Assembly (NCBI GenBank): GCA_934699595.1
Contig: CAKUWT010000001.1
Span: 7,839-71,838 of the forward strand
From: an uncultured Patescibacteria group bacterium
GTDB taxonomy: Bacteria > Patescibacteriota > Minisyncoccia > Phycocordibacterales > UBA918
Length of the DNA: 64,000 bases
Direction of reading: 5' to 3'
Below, in pieces: positions 28,603 through 39,015 of the stretch. The position numbers and the translations under genes are program-made. How positions within the stretch are numbered: position 1 is the stretch's first letter; every line of letters begins with the position of its first letter. A model generated the notes under the pieces. That model saw nothing but the letters and a program-made list of their open reading frames with translations, was not told where the DNA came from and searched no databases.

Positions 28603-29052
28603 ATGGAAACCATTCTGGCCACTTTTGGTATTGATGCCAAACTAATCATCATTCAGGTCGTCAACTTCGTCATCTTGATGGCGGCTTTGGGCTACTTCCT
28701 GTATGGGCCGATTCTAAAAATGCTAAATGATCGTGAGGAGAAAATTACTCAAGGTCTGAAAGATGCTGAAGCGGCTGCCGAAGCTAAAACTGAAGCTGAA
28801 GCCGAAAAAGCTGCTATCTTGACTGGGGCCCATGAGGCTGCTAAAGAAGTGGTTACCAAAGCTAAGGTGGCCGCAGGTGAGCAGGCCAACACTATTGTGG
28901 ATTCAGCACGCGGTGAAGCTGCTCAGATTATGAAATCAGCTGAAGCGGCTGCTCTAGAGGCCAAGCGCCAAGCTGCTCTAGAGAGTCAGGAAGAGATCAC
29001 TAAAACTGCTATTCTAGCAGCGGAGAAAATTCTCCGAGAGCAGAACGCTTAA
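28603..29052 (+). CDS. atpF: F0F1 ATP synthase subunit b
   Basis: N-terminal TM plus long Ala/Glu-rich helix. Confidence 0.8.
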   Translation: METILATFGIDAKLIIIQVVNFVILMAALGYFLYGPILKMLNDREEKITQGLKDAEAAAEAKTEAEAEKAAILTGAHEAAKEVVTKAKVAAGEQANTIVDSARGEAAQIMKSAEAAALEAKRQAALESQEEITKTAILAAEKILREQNA

Positions 29053-29057
29053 TCATC

Positions 29058-29453
29058 ATGATTCCTACCTTAGTTAAAAATTACACCGCTGCCATTGTCG
29101 CTCTTTTAGAGAGTGGAGTGCCTGCTGAAGAAGTTTTGTCGAATGTCAAAGCTAATTTAGTAAAAAAGGGTCACCAAAAACTTTGGCCACAGATTTTGCG
29201 CTCGTTGACCACGGCTTTGGCTGAGGTCGAGCGCCGGGCGGGCGCGGTAGTTCGAGTTGCTAAGGTCAGTGACCAGGAGAACGCCGTGGTGCAGCAACTA
29301 TTGGTAGAGCTCGGTGCTCCCCAAACGGTGCGTACTGAGATTGATGAGAGTTTAATTGGCGGTAGTGTGGTTACATACCAGCACCGTCGCTTGGACAACA
29401 GCTTTAAAAAACGCTTGCTAGATCTTTATCACCAAACCACTAGTCAACACTAG
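29058..29453 (+). CDS. atpH: F0F1 ATP synthase subunit delta (short, 131 aa)
   Basis: operon position between b and alpha; OSCP-like C-terminus. Confidence 0.6.
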   Translation: MIPTLVKNYTAAIVALLESGVPAEEVLSNVKANLVKKGHQKLWPQILRSLTTALAEVERRAGAVVRVAKVSDQENAVVQQLLVELGAPQTVRTEIDESLIGGSVVTYQHRRLDNSFKKRLLDLYHQTTSQH

Positions 29454-29490
29454 ACTAAAACCCATTATTATCACCCTAAATTAAATCATT

Positions 29491-31062
29491 ATGAGTAACA
29501 CTATCATTGAGAGAATTAAAACCGAGATTGCTAATCTTGATACCAGCGTAGCGCCACAAGAAGTGGGGACTGTTATTGCTGTTGGTGACGGTATTGCCGA
29601 AATCGAAGGCTTGGTGGCCGCGGAGATGATGGAGATGGTGGTTTTTGCTACTACCGAAGGGCAAACCTTGGCTGCAGCGCTAGAGGAAAAAGAGGTTCTC
29701 CATGGTTTGATTCTCAACTTGGAAGAAGAGGTGGTAAAAGTGGTGATTTTGGGTGATAGTCGTCAAGTGCGTGAAGGTATGACAGTTTTTCGTACTGAAA
29801 AACTGTTATCGACTGGCGTGAGTGATGAAATTGTGGGACGAGTAGTGAATGCACTTGGTGAACCGATTGATGGTAGAGGTCCAATCAAGACTGATAAAAA
29901 TATGCCAATTGAACGAGTGGCTTACGGCGTGATGGATCGATCTTCAGTGAACGAACCAATTCATACTGGTATCAAAGCGATTGATTCGATGATTCCGATT
30001 GGCCGTGGACAACGTGAGCTTATTATTGGTGATCGTCAAACTGGTAAAACTACTATTGCTATCGACACTATTATTAACCAAAAATATGAACCAGCTAACA
30101 AACGCCCAATTTGTATCTACGTAGCCATTGGTCAAAAACGCTCCAAAACTGCCAACATTATGGCCCAGTTAGAAGCTGCTGGAGCAATGGAGTACACCAC
30201 TATTGTGGCTACTTCGGCTTCAGAAGCCTCACCACTGCTTTTCTTAGCTCCGTTTACTGGCGCAGCGATTGGTGAATACTTTATGCAGCAAGGTCGTGAC
30301 GTGTTGGTGGTTTATGACGACCTCTCTAAACACGCGGTGGCTTATCGACAAATGTCCCTTCTACTTCGTCGTCCACCGGGACGTGAGGCTTATCCGGGAG
30401 ATATTTTCTACTTACACTCTCGCTTGCTAGAGCGTTCGGCTAAGCTTTCTGAAGAGTTGGGCGGCGGCTCAATTACTGCCTTGCCAATTATTGAGACGCA
30501 AGAGGGCGATGTGTCTGCTTATATTCCGACCAATGTCATTTCTATTACTGACGGACAAATCTTCCTGGAAGGAGACTTGTTTAACCAAGGTGTCCGCCCG
30601 GCTTTGAATGTTGGTATCTCGGTCTCACGCGTTGGATCATCGGCTCAGACCAAAGCTATGAAGGCGGTATCAGGAAAGATTCGTCTGGAGTTGGCACAGT
30701 TCCGAGAGCTGGAAGCCTTTATGCAGTTTGCTTCTGACTTAGATGATGAGACCAAAGAACGAATTGATAGCGGCCGGAAGTACGTCGAGCTTTTGAAGCA
30801 AGACCAGAACAACCCGATGCCTTTCTACAACCAAGTCATTTCACTCTTCGCTGCCAATAACGGACTTTTCAATGGCACTACCCCAGAACGAGTACGAGAA
30901 ATTGAAAATGCTTGGCAGGAGTTTATGCACCGTGATCGCGAGGCGGTAGTGGAGACTATCAAAACCGAACGGGCCTTGAGTGAGGAAACCACTGAGGCTC
31001 TAAAACAAGCGATTGCTGACTTCAAGGAAGCTAACCAAACTTTCTACACGGTAGTCGCTTAA
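29491..31062 (+). CDS. atpA: F0F1 ATP synthase subunit alpha
   Basis: GDRQTGKT Walker A and full-length alpha similarity. Confidence 0.97.
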   Translation: MSNTIIERIKTEIANLDTSVAPQEVGTVIAVGDGIAEIEGLVAAEMMEMVVFATTEGQTLAAALEEKEVLHGLILNLEEEVVKVVILGDSRQVREGMTVFRTEKLLSTGVSDEIVGRVVNALGEPIDGRGPIKTDKNMPIERVAYGVMDRSSVNEPIHTGIKAIDSMIPIGRGQRELIIGDRQTGKTTIAIDTIINQKYEPANKRPICIYVAIGQKRSKTANIMAQLEAAGAMEYTTIVATSASEASPLLFLAPFTGAAIGEYFMQQGRDVLVVYDDLSKHAVAYRQMSLLLRRPPGREAYPGDIFYLHSRLLERSAKLSEELGGGSITALPIIETQEGDVSAYIPTNVISITDGQIFLEGDLFNQGVRPALNVGISVSRVGSSAQTKAMKAVSGKIRLELAQFRELEAFMQFASDLDDETKERIDSGRKYVELLKQDQNNPMPFYNQVISLFAANNGLFNGTTPERVREIENAWQEFMHRDREAVVETIKTERALSEETTEALKQAIADFKEANQTFYTVVA

Positions 31063-31077
31063 GTGACTTTTTAAATC

Positions 31078-31986
31078 ATGGCTCTTAAACAGATTAAAAA
31101 CAAAATAGTTTCTACGCAAAAAATTGGTAAAGTGACCAAGGCGATGGAGTCTGTCTCAGCTGTTAAGATGCGGAAGAGTCAGGAGCGCGCTTTTCAAAGT
31201 CGTCCCTATGTTCATACCGCTTTACGCATCTTGGCTCAAATCGCCAGTAGTGAGATACTGAATAAGCACACTCTGACCGCAAAACGCACTAGCGATAAAA
31301 AACTATTAGTTGTGGTGACTAGCGATAAGGGTTTGGCTGGAAGTGTTAATAGTGCGATTTTGAAAAAGGTGGAACAGGAGTTATCTATCAGTAGGGAAGT
31401 AGAGGTGATTGCTATTGGCCGAAAAGCCTTAGAGTTTGCTGAGCGGGAGAAGTTACCAGTTTTGGCTAAGTATACTAACGTTAGTGACGGAGTGACGTTG
31501 AGCGATGTCTATGAAATTTCTCGCTTAGTCCTTGAAAGTTTTGAGAACCGTGAGGACTTGGCGACTGTAGAGGTTATTTACCAAAACTTCTTGTCTACTT
31601 TTGAGCAAGCGCCAACACGTCGTAAGGTTTTACCACTTGACCCAGAAGAAGTTAGTCGGATTATGCAAGGTATTCGGCCTAAGAAAGGTGAGTTTAGTGA
31701 TGATATGGTGGCACCTGACCAAAAAATTGACTACTTGATTGAGCCAAATGCGGAGACAGTACTGAGTGGTCTATTACCGCAATTGATTCAAATTCTCCTC
31801 TTCCACGCTTTGTTAGAAAGCAAAGCTTCGGAGCATTCCGCTCGGATGGTGGCAATGAAGAACGCTACCGACAAGAGTAAAGAAGTGACTAAGTCACTTA
31901 ACCTGCTTTACAACAAGGCGCGTCAAGCAGCTATTACTGCTGAGGTATCCGAGATTACTGGCGGGATTGAGGCGATGAAGACCTAA
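31078..31986 (+). CDS. atpG: F0F1 ATP synthase subunit gamma
   Basis: operon position, N/C-terminal coiled-coil helices. Confidence 0.9.
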   Translation: MALKQIKNKIVSTQKIGKVTKAMESVSAVKMRKSQERAFQSRPYVHTALRILAQIASSEILNKHTLTAKRTSDKKLLVVVTSDKGLAGSVNSAILKKVEQELSISREVEVIAIGRKALEFAEREKLPVLAKYTNVSDGVTLSDVYEISRLVLESFENREDLATVEVIYQNFLSTFEQAPTRRKVLPLDPEEVSRIMQGIRPKKGEFSDDMVAPDQKIDYLIEPNAETVLSGLLPQLIQILLFHALLESKASEHSARMVAMKNATDKSKEVTKSLNLLYNKARQAAITAEVSEITGGIEAMKT

Positions 31987-32000
31987 ACTTCTGAGAAAAA

Positions 32001-32066
32001 TCTCACTCAAATTGAGTGAAAATTAATTAAATAATTTGATTAATTTTCACTCAGTTGGACTGAGTT
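32001..32066. repeat. nested inverted repeats in the atpG-atpD intergenic region
   Basis: CACTCAAATTGAGTG hairpin; 14-bp arms GAGTGAAAATTAAT / ATTAATTTTCACTC; ACTCAG-ttgga-CTGAGT hairpin. Confidence 0.5.
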
Positions 32067-32092
32067 TCAAACACCTTATAAAACTTTATTAA

Positions 32093-33469
<1,377 letters not shown>

Positions 33470-33545
33470 TTTATTGGCGAGCTATCATCAGGTACCGCTA
33501 TAGTTATTACACTTATCTAAGTTTTCAACATTAAAATAAACCACT

Positions 33546-33794
33546 ATGGCTAAATTACTCAAATTAACAATTTCCCGCGTTGATCAAGCCGTTTTTAGTG
33601 ACGACGTGCAGTCCTTAAATGTGCCTGGTACAGCAGGAGAGATGACCATTTTGGCTAATCACGAAGCACTGATCTCAACCCTCAAGCCAGGTATTATTAC
33701 TATCAAAAAAGCTGATGGTGAGACCGAAACCTTCAATGCTACCGAAGGTGGTACCCTAGAGATCAACAACAACCACGCTTCAGTTTTAATCTAA
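33546..33794 (+). CDS. atpC: F0F1 ATP synthase subunit epsilon (short, 82 aa, beta-sandwich only)
   Basis: operon position and N-terminal epsilon motif; lacks C-terminal helical hairpin. Confidence 0.75.
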   Translation: MAKLLKLTISRVDQAVFSDDVQSLNVPGTAGEMTILANHEALISTLKPGIITIKKADGETETFNATEGGTLEINNNHASVLI

Positions 33795-33827
33795 ATAGAC
33801 TAATTTATTATATTTAATATGGCTAAC

Positions 33828-33860
33828 GAACTTCATCCAAATGAACTTTGTTGCTTTTTA
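33828..33860 (+). terminator. imperfect terminator after atpC (GAACTTCAT...ATGAACTT plus T-rich run)
   Basis: 7/8-bp stem plus TGTTGCTTTTTA. Confidence 0.4.
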
Positions 33861-33926
33861 TATTATTATATGTTATAATACTGACAGATAACCACCTTAC
33901 CAGCTACACAAAGGAAGGAGAGAACT

Positions 33927-34265
33927 GTGTCTAATGAAAAAAAGAGCTATGCTGAATGGGTGATCGTTCGGAGTGGAGAAAAAGGAGAGCACCTCCTTCC
34001 ACCGTATGAAACCCGGGCCATCTGGGGCAGCCACGGTGGACAGCACGGATGGGGAGATCCAATTGACCCCGGGCGAGTCGACGTTGTGCCCGGTTCGGAA
34101 GTCATGATTTTGTGTCAGCAAGATCGTGAGTTCGAAATTTCAATTCCACCCGGTTCTGATCATGCTCAGGTATCTAAACCAGGTCAGACAGGATCGTTCG
34201 TCGTCGAATTCTTTTCCGGTGTGGAAAGAATCGGTCCGAGGTTTGCTTGTGTTGTGTCTGAGTAA
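33927..34265 (+). CDS. hypothetical soluble protein (GTG start, strong GGAGG SD)
   Basis: AAGGAAGGAGAG SD 6 nt upstream; no recognisable domain. Confidence 0.4.
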   Translation: MSNEKKSYAEWVIVRSGEKGEHLLPPYETRAIWGSHGGQHGWGDPIDPGRVDVVPGSEVMILCQQDREFEISIPPGSDHAQVSKPGQTGSFVVEFFSGVERIGPRFACVVSE

Positions 34266-34300
34266 CATGGACCCGAAACTTGCGGTAGCAGGTTTCGGGT

Positions 34301-34720
34301 TTAATTAATTAGATTTAATCCAGTCTCCTCATCAAACTGACGTTCCAGTTTAGCAGCAAAAGAAGTAATGAGAAGCTCTAAGGTGACAGAAACATTCAAT
34401 GATTTGATATGACCACCAAAAGTGGAACAGTCAGTGTCAGAAAACATACCATGTAGGTGCCAAATAGGTTCGTCATCAAAAAAAGATAAATTGCCAGTAA
34501 TATTGATAACTTCATACGTTCCCGGTCCATAATCGAACCAATGGTACTTCCTATTGGCAAAATCATAATAACCAATGGTTAGTTTATCCGCAGCTCCAAG
34601 TCCAGAAATCCAGGCGGACTCAAGATCTAACTCTTTTACTAAGTTATTTAAGGAGCTGATCAATTCTTCACCACGGTTAAGACGAGCCAAGTACTTATCT
34701 CCTAAATTGATGATTTTCAT
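34301..34720 (-). CDS. PPC/DUF296 domain protein
   Basis: overall similarity to the DUF296 (plants-and-prokaryotes-conserved) fold by recollection; 139 aa. Confidence 0.45.
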   Translation of the reverse strand: MKIINLGDKYLARLNRGEELISSLNNLVKELDLESAWISGLGAADKLTIGYYDFANRKYHWFDYGPGTYEVINITGNLSFFDDEPIWHLHGMFSDTDCSTFGGHIKSLNVSVTLELLITSFAAKLERQFDEETGLNLIN

Positions 34721-34737
34721 ATATTGATTTTACCAAA

Positions 34738-35607
34738 TTACTTTTGGCATTGTGGGCAATAGTGGGTACCGCGACCAGCGAGACGCACCTTGACTATGGT
34801 ACCGCCGCAACTACCAGGACATGACTCACCCTGATGACCAAAAACTTTCAACTGGTTGGTATAGTTACCTTTATTGTTCTCTACGTCTAGAAAATGTTGA
34901 AAGGTGGTGCCTCCCGCTTTAATTGCGCGGTTAAGGATTTTCCTGGCTGACTGAACTATGGCTTTAGCTTCAGAGTCGGTAATATCTACTCCTAACCGAA
35001 ACGGAGAAATTTTAGTATCAAACAGTACTTCATCGACGTAAATATTGCCCAAGCCAGCAATGATTGATTGATCCAATAAGATCGCTTTAATTGGTCTGTG
35101 ACTACGCCGAACTTTGCTGGTAAAAGTTCGATAAGGAAAGGGGGCAGTGCTCGGCTCGGGACCAAATCTGGACTTAGCTAAAGTGACTGTATTGGCGTCA
35201 GCCAGGCGGACATAGCCAAACATGCGCATATCATTAAAAAACATTCTGGTACCATCAGTAAAATCAAACTCAATGCGACTATGGCGGCTAGGTAGTTCTA
35301 AATAATCGGCCTCACTCAAAGTGTGTCCACCACCTGTCAGTTCATGATTGGGCTTTTCAGCAATAAACTGTCCGGTCATTTTCAGGTGTCCGAGCATAAA
35401 CAGATTGGACTCATTGGTGAAAGAAAAAATCAGCAACTTGCCGATACGGTCAATGTTCCCCAGCTCCTTACCAATTAATTTTTTACGCAGCGCCTTGACG
35501 TCGTCAGTGTATTTTGGGTGCAGTGCTTTAATGTTCTGCACGTGTTTATACTTAAGGGCATGTAGGAGTTGTAAGCGAACGGTTTCCACCTCAGGTAGTT
35601 CAGGCAT
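34738..35607 (-). CDS. fpg: formamidopyrimidine-DNA glycosylase (Fpg/MutM)
   Basis: N-terminal MPELPEVET, C-terminal zinc finger CPQCQK; start moved to the Met-Pro of the catalytic N-terminus (ORF extends to 35682). Confidence 0.85.
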   Translation of the reverse strand: MPELPEVETVRLQLLHALKYKHVQNIKALHPKYTDDVKALRKKLIGKELGNIDRIGKLLIFSFTNESNLFMLGHLKMTGQFIAEKPNHELTGGGHTLSEADYLELPSRHSRIEFDFTDGTRMFFNDMRMFGYVRLADANTVTLAKSRFGPEPSTAPFPYRTFTSKVRRSHRPIKAILLDQSIIAGLGNIYVDEVLFDTKISPFRLGVDITDSEAKAIVQSARKILNRAIKAGGTTFQHFLDVENNKGNYTNQLKVFGHQGESCPGSCGGTIVKVRLAGRGTHYCPQCQK

Positions 35608-35686
35608 GATTAACCTCATTATATAAGTTTTTTGGATGGTAACAAGTCGAAGAAGATGGTGTGATGATAAGTTATAATTCATCCGT

Positions 35687-37003
35687 ATGCGCTTGGGGCG
35701 GACAGATAATAATTTATTTACTCGTGAACAGGTGGAGAAAGTTGCTGTAGATCTGACTGGTTATCAAACCGAGTTGGCTAGAGCCATGATGCAATTTGAT
35801 TACCAGCGTCCTGAGAATTCACTACATCTGCCCTTTGATCAGCAAATTATTGAAAAAGCTCAAGCAGTACTGGATTCTAAAGGCATATTTAGGCAACCTC
35901 CTAGAGTAATTTTTGTGGTTGGTATTGGTGGCTCCAACTTAGCAGCTAAAGCTGTGGTGGATAGTTTGCCACGGAGTGACCGACCAGAGCTGGTCTGGTT
36001 AGATACTCTAGATGATGTGCAAATCACACATGCGGAAACATTAATCAGGGATCAAATCAGAACCGCTAGTGATTACTTGATTTTTATCATCAGTAAATCT
36101 GGCGCCACCACCGAAACCTTGGCGAATTACGCTATTTTAGAAGCTTTGCTGGAGCGAGAAGGTTTGGAACCTTTGAGTCGCACCATCGCAATTTCCAACC
36201 CAGCTTCGGTTTTAACCAAGCAAGCTGAGGAAAAAGAGGTGGATACTCTCACCATTCCTGTACAGGTCGGCGGTCGCTTTTCGGCTTTTTCGGCGGCAGG
36301 AGTGGCGGTACTGTTGGCCGCTGGTTATGACGTGGCCGCCTGGCGACGAGGAGCGCAAGAATGGTTGACTAAAACCGCTACTGCTCGTGCAGAACGAAAC
36401 GAAGCACTTTTGTTAGCTGCTAGTAAATATCTCGCCTATGAAAATGAGCTAACTGTTTTTGATCAGTTTATTTTTGCTCCAGAACTAGAGACTTGGGGAA
36501 AGTGGTATCGTCAGCTACTAGCGGAGAGCTTGGGAAAATCACCAGAAAATTCTGGTAATACGAAGGTTGGTCTACTTGATCAGTCAGGGATTAATGTTTT
36601 GCCTACAGTTTCCATTGGCACTACGGATTTGCACTCAGTCGGACAGCTCTATCTTGGTGGTGCTAGAAATATTATGACGACCTTTGTTATAACTGGTGTA
36701 GAAAAATCGGCTTTTATCCCTAAGCGTATTTCCTTTCGACTGGATCAGGTCGGGTTAGAAGGAAAAAGTCTGCAAGAAATCAAACGAGCAATTATTGTCG
36801 GCACCCAGACTGCTTATCGTGATGCAAAGCGGCCCTTCGATACACTCGAATTAAAAAAGTTAGATGAGTATGAGCTGGGTGTTTTGATGCAGATGTCTAT
36901 GGTGGAGATCATGTACTTAGCAAAATTACTCAAGGTAAACGCTTTTGATCAGCCAAACGTGGAGGGTTATAAAGAAGCTACTCGAAAAATATTAGCAAAA
37001 TAA
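35687..37003 (+). CDS. pgi: glucose-6-phosphate isomerase
   Basis: SIS-domain motifs GIGGSNLAAKA, ISKSGATTET. Confidence 0.85.
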   Translation: MRLGRTDNNLFTREQVEKVAVDLTGYQTELARAMMQFDYQRPENSLHLPFDQQIIEKAQAVLDSKGIFRQPPRVIFVVGIGGSNLAAKAVVDSLPRSDRPELVWLDTLDDVQITHAETLIRDQIRTASDYLIFIISKSGATTETLANYAILEALLEREGLEPLSRTIAISNPASVLTKQAEEKEVDTLTIPVQVGGRFSAFSAAGVAVLLAAGYDVAAWRRGAQEWLTKTATARAERNEALLLAASKYLAYENELTVFDQFIFAPELETWGKWYRQLLAESLGKSPENSGNTKVGLLDQSGINVLPTVSIGTTDLHSVGQLYLGGARNIMTTFVITGVEKSAFIPKRISFRLDQVGLEGKSLQEIKRAIIVGTQTAYRDAKRPFDTLELKKLDEYELGVLMQMSMVEIMYLAKLLKVNAFDQPNVEGYKEATRKILAK

Positions 37004-37023
37004 ACAAAAATTAGAATTCTTGT

Positions 37024-37443
37024 ATGCAAAAACTTTCCCAGCTCGTGGCCTACTTGCAGCGAAATTTCTGGTATTCTATTTTTATTATTATCTTAGCCCT
37101 GGTAAGCCTATTACTCTTTGTCAGTGATTTAATTTTTATCTTTGAGGATATTACTGAGCCGGAGTGGGTAGTCTTTATTCGGCGAATTGATATTGTGGTA
37201 GCTTGGATTTTTCTGACCGACTTTTTTATGGGCTTATTCTTCAACAAGGAGTTGACGACTCGCGAGTATTGGCGCTTGAACTGGCTAAATTTAATTTCCT
37301 CTGTACCAGTAACTAATCAACTAACTTTGTTGTTGCGTGGTTTCCGCATCTTGCGAGCAGTCCGAGTAGCTCGAGCTGGAACCAACCTTTATTTTGCCCG
37401 TAAACGACATCGCCATAACTGGAAAAATGATTACTACAAGTAA
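37024..37443 (+). CDS. stand-alone voltage-sensor-domain-like membrane protein (4 TM, S4 with five RxxR repeats)
   Basis: four hydrophobic segments; S4-like LLLRGFRILRAVRVARAG; acidic and aromatic residues in the second helix (FLTDFF). Confidence 0.45.
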   Translation: MQKLSQLVAYLQRNFWYSIFIIILALVSLLLFVSDLIFIFEDITEPEWVVFIRRIDIVVAWIFLTDFFMGLFFNKELTTREYWRLNWLNLISSVPVTNQLTLLLRGFRILRAVRVARAGTNLYFARKRHRHNWKNDYYK

Positions 37444-37545
37444 GGTAACGTCTGGTCGAAACTCAATCGGTATTAATTCTTGGGAAAAAAGATTCGGAAA
37501 ACTTAATAAATGGTAAAATAAACTTTCAGCCCTAATTTATTTTTT

Positions 37546-38124
37546 ATGAAAAAGACGACTTATATTTTTAGCTTTGCTACCTTTGTTCTATTGTTTTTTC
37601 TTATCGGAACCCCGGCCTCGGTTGCGGCGTCAGAAAAACCGGAAGACGTGACTGCGATTGTAGAAAATTATTTTAAGGATATCCCGGAGATGATTGAAAT
37701 CGCCCGCTGTGAGTCAAATCTGCGACAGTTTACTGATACAGGTAATGTGCTGCGTGGAGCGGGAGGAGATACGGTCGGTTTGTTCCAATTCCATGAAGTA
37801 GCACATAGCTCCTTGGCCAAAAGACTCGGCTACGATCTAGCTACTCTAAAAGGTAATCTGGATTACGCCAAGCATGTCTACGACACTGAAGGTACAACTC
37901 CTTGGCGTTTCTCGGCCTATTGTTGGGAACAGCCTGCTAAAGAAGCTCGGGAACAGCTAAAAAATAACACAGATAGAGTTATTACTAAAATACAGACAGA
38001 CTTCGAGAGAGTAACTGTAGAAGTTGGCGATTCTGAGGAAGTGATAATCTTAAAAAATAAAATCAACTTACTTATCCAGGTGGTTGATTTACTGATCCAG
38101 CAGAAAGCCTTGACTGGTCGCTAA
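37546..38124 (+). CDS. secreted lysozyme-like/transglycosylase-domain protein
   Basis: signal peptide; ARCESNLRQF...VGLFQF resembling the E-S...GLMQ lytic transglycosylase motif. Confidence 0.35.
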   Translation: MKKTTYIFSFATFVLLFFLIGTPASVAASEKPEDVTAIVENYFKDIPEMIEIARCESNLRQFTDTGNVLRGAGGDTVGLFQFHEVAHSSLAKRLGYDLATLKGNLDYAKHVYDTEGTTPWRFSAYCWEQPAKEAREQLKNNTDRVITKIQTDFERVTVEVGDSEEVIILKNKINLLIQVVDLLIQQKALTGR

Positions 38125-38169
38125 AGTGAAGGTATTGCTATTTGTTCGTAAAGGGGTAGGATTGCCTTA

Positions 38170-38943
38170 ATGAAGATAGGGAAACTCTTTAGAACTAAAA
38201 AAAGCCAACCCAAAGCGGTGGTTTATCGGATGGTCACGCCAGAGCATATTTGCCCGTACGGCCTGAAATCGTTGTACTTATTAAAAAAGCACGGCTATCA
38301 GGTAGAGGACCATCAGCTAAAAACTAGAGAGGAGACAGACGCCTTTAAAACCGAGCACAAAGTATCAACGACGCCGCTCATTTTTATTGACGGTGAACAA
38401 GTTGGCGGCAGTGACGACTTACGACGCTTTTTGGGTTACTGCGTTCTTGCTCCTGGCGAATTAACTTATCGTCCGGTATTGGTGTTGTTTGCCACTGCTT
38501 TTTTAATCATGATTGCTAGTATTTGGATGGCTGGCGGACCAGAGTCGTTAGCGAGTATCACTTTCTCTTTTATCGCCGCGGCCATGATGCTGCTCGCGCA
38601 ACAAAAACTTCGTGACGTGGATGCTTTTGCCACGATGTTTCTAAATTATGATGTCTTGGCTCGTCGCTATCCGCATTACGCTTATTTATATCCGTACTTG
38701 GAAATGTTGGCAGGATTCTTAATGCTGGCTGGGGTGCTGATGTTTATTTCTATCCCAATAATGTTGCTGCTGGGTGGGGTGGGGAGTTACTCGGTCTATA
38801 AAGCTGCTTATCTAGAGAAGCGGAAGTTGAGGTGTGCTTGCGTGGGTGGGGATTCACAAGTGCCTTTGGGATTGGTGTCGCTGTTGGAGAACATAATGAT
38901 GTTGTTGGCAGCTATTTGGATGCTGTTGGTTATATTTCTCTAA
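38170..38943 (+). CDS. glutaredoxin-like domain fused to MauE/DoxX-like integral membrane domain
   Basis: N-terminal thioredoxin-fold with CPYG and TTPLIFIDGEQVGG; C-terminal 4-5 TM with CAC pair. Confidence 0.4.
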   Translation: MKIGKLFRTKKSQPKAVVYRMVTPEHICPYGLKSLYLLKKHGYQVEDHQLKTREETDAFKTEHKVSTTPLIFIDGEQVGGSDDLRRFLGYCVLAPGELTYRPVLVLFATAFLIMIASIWMAGGPESLASITFSFIAAAMMLLAQQKLRDVDAFATMFLNYDVLARRYPHYAYLYPYLEMLAGFLMLAGVLMFISIPIMLLLGGVGSYSVYKAAYLEKRKLRCACVGGDSQVPLGLVSLLENIMMLLAAIWMLLVIFL

Positions 38944-39015
38944 CCCTATTTAAAGATGGGGCTGTTGATACTACTTGAATAGTGGGGCCGGTTTAATGGT
39001 AAAATATCAAGTAAT

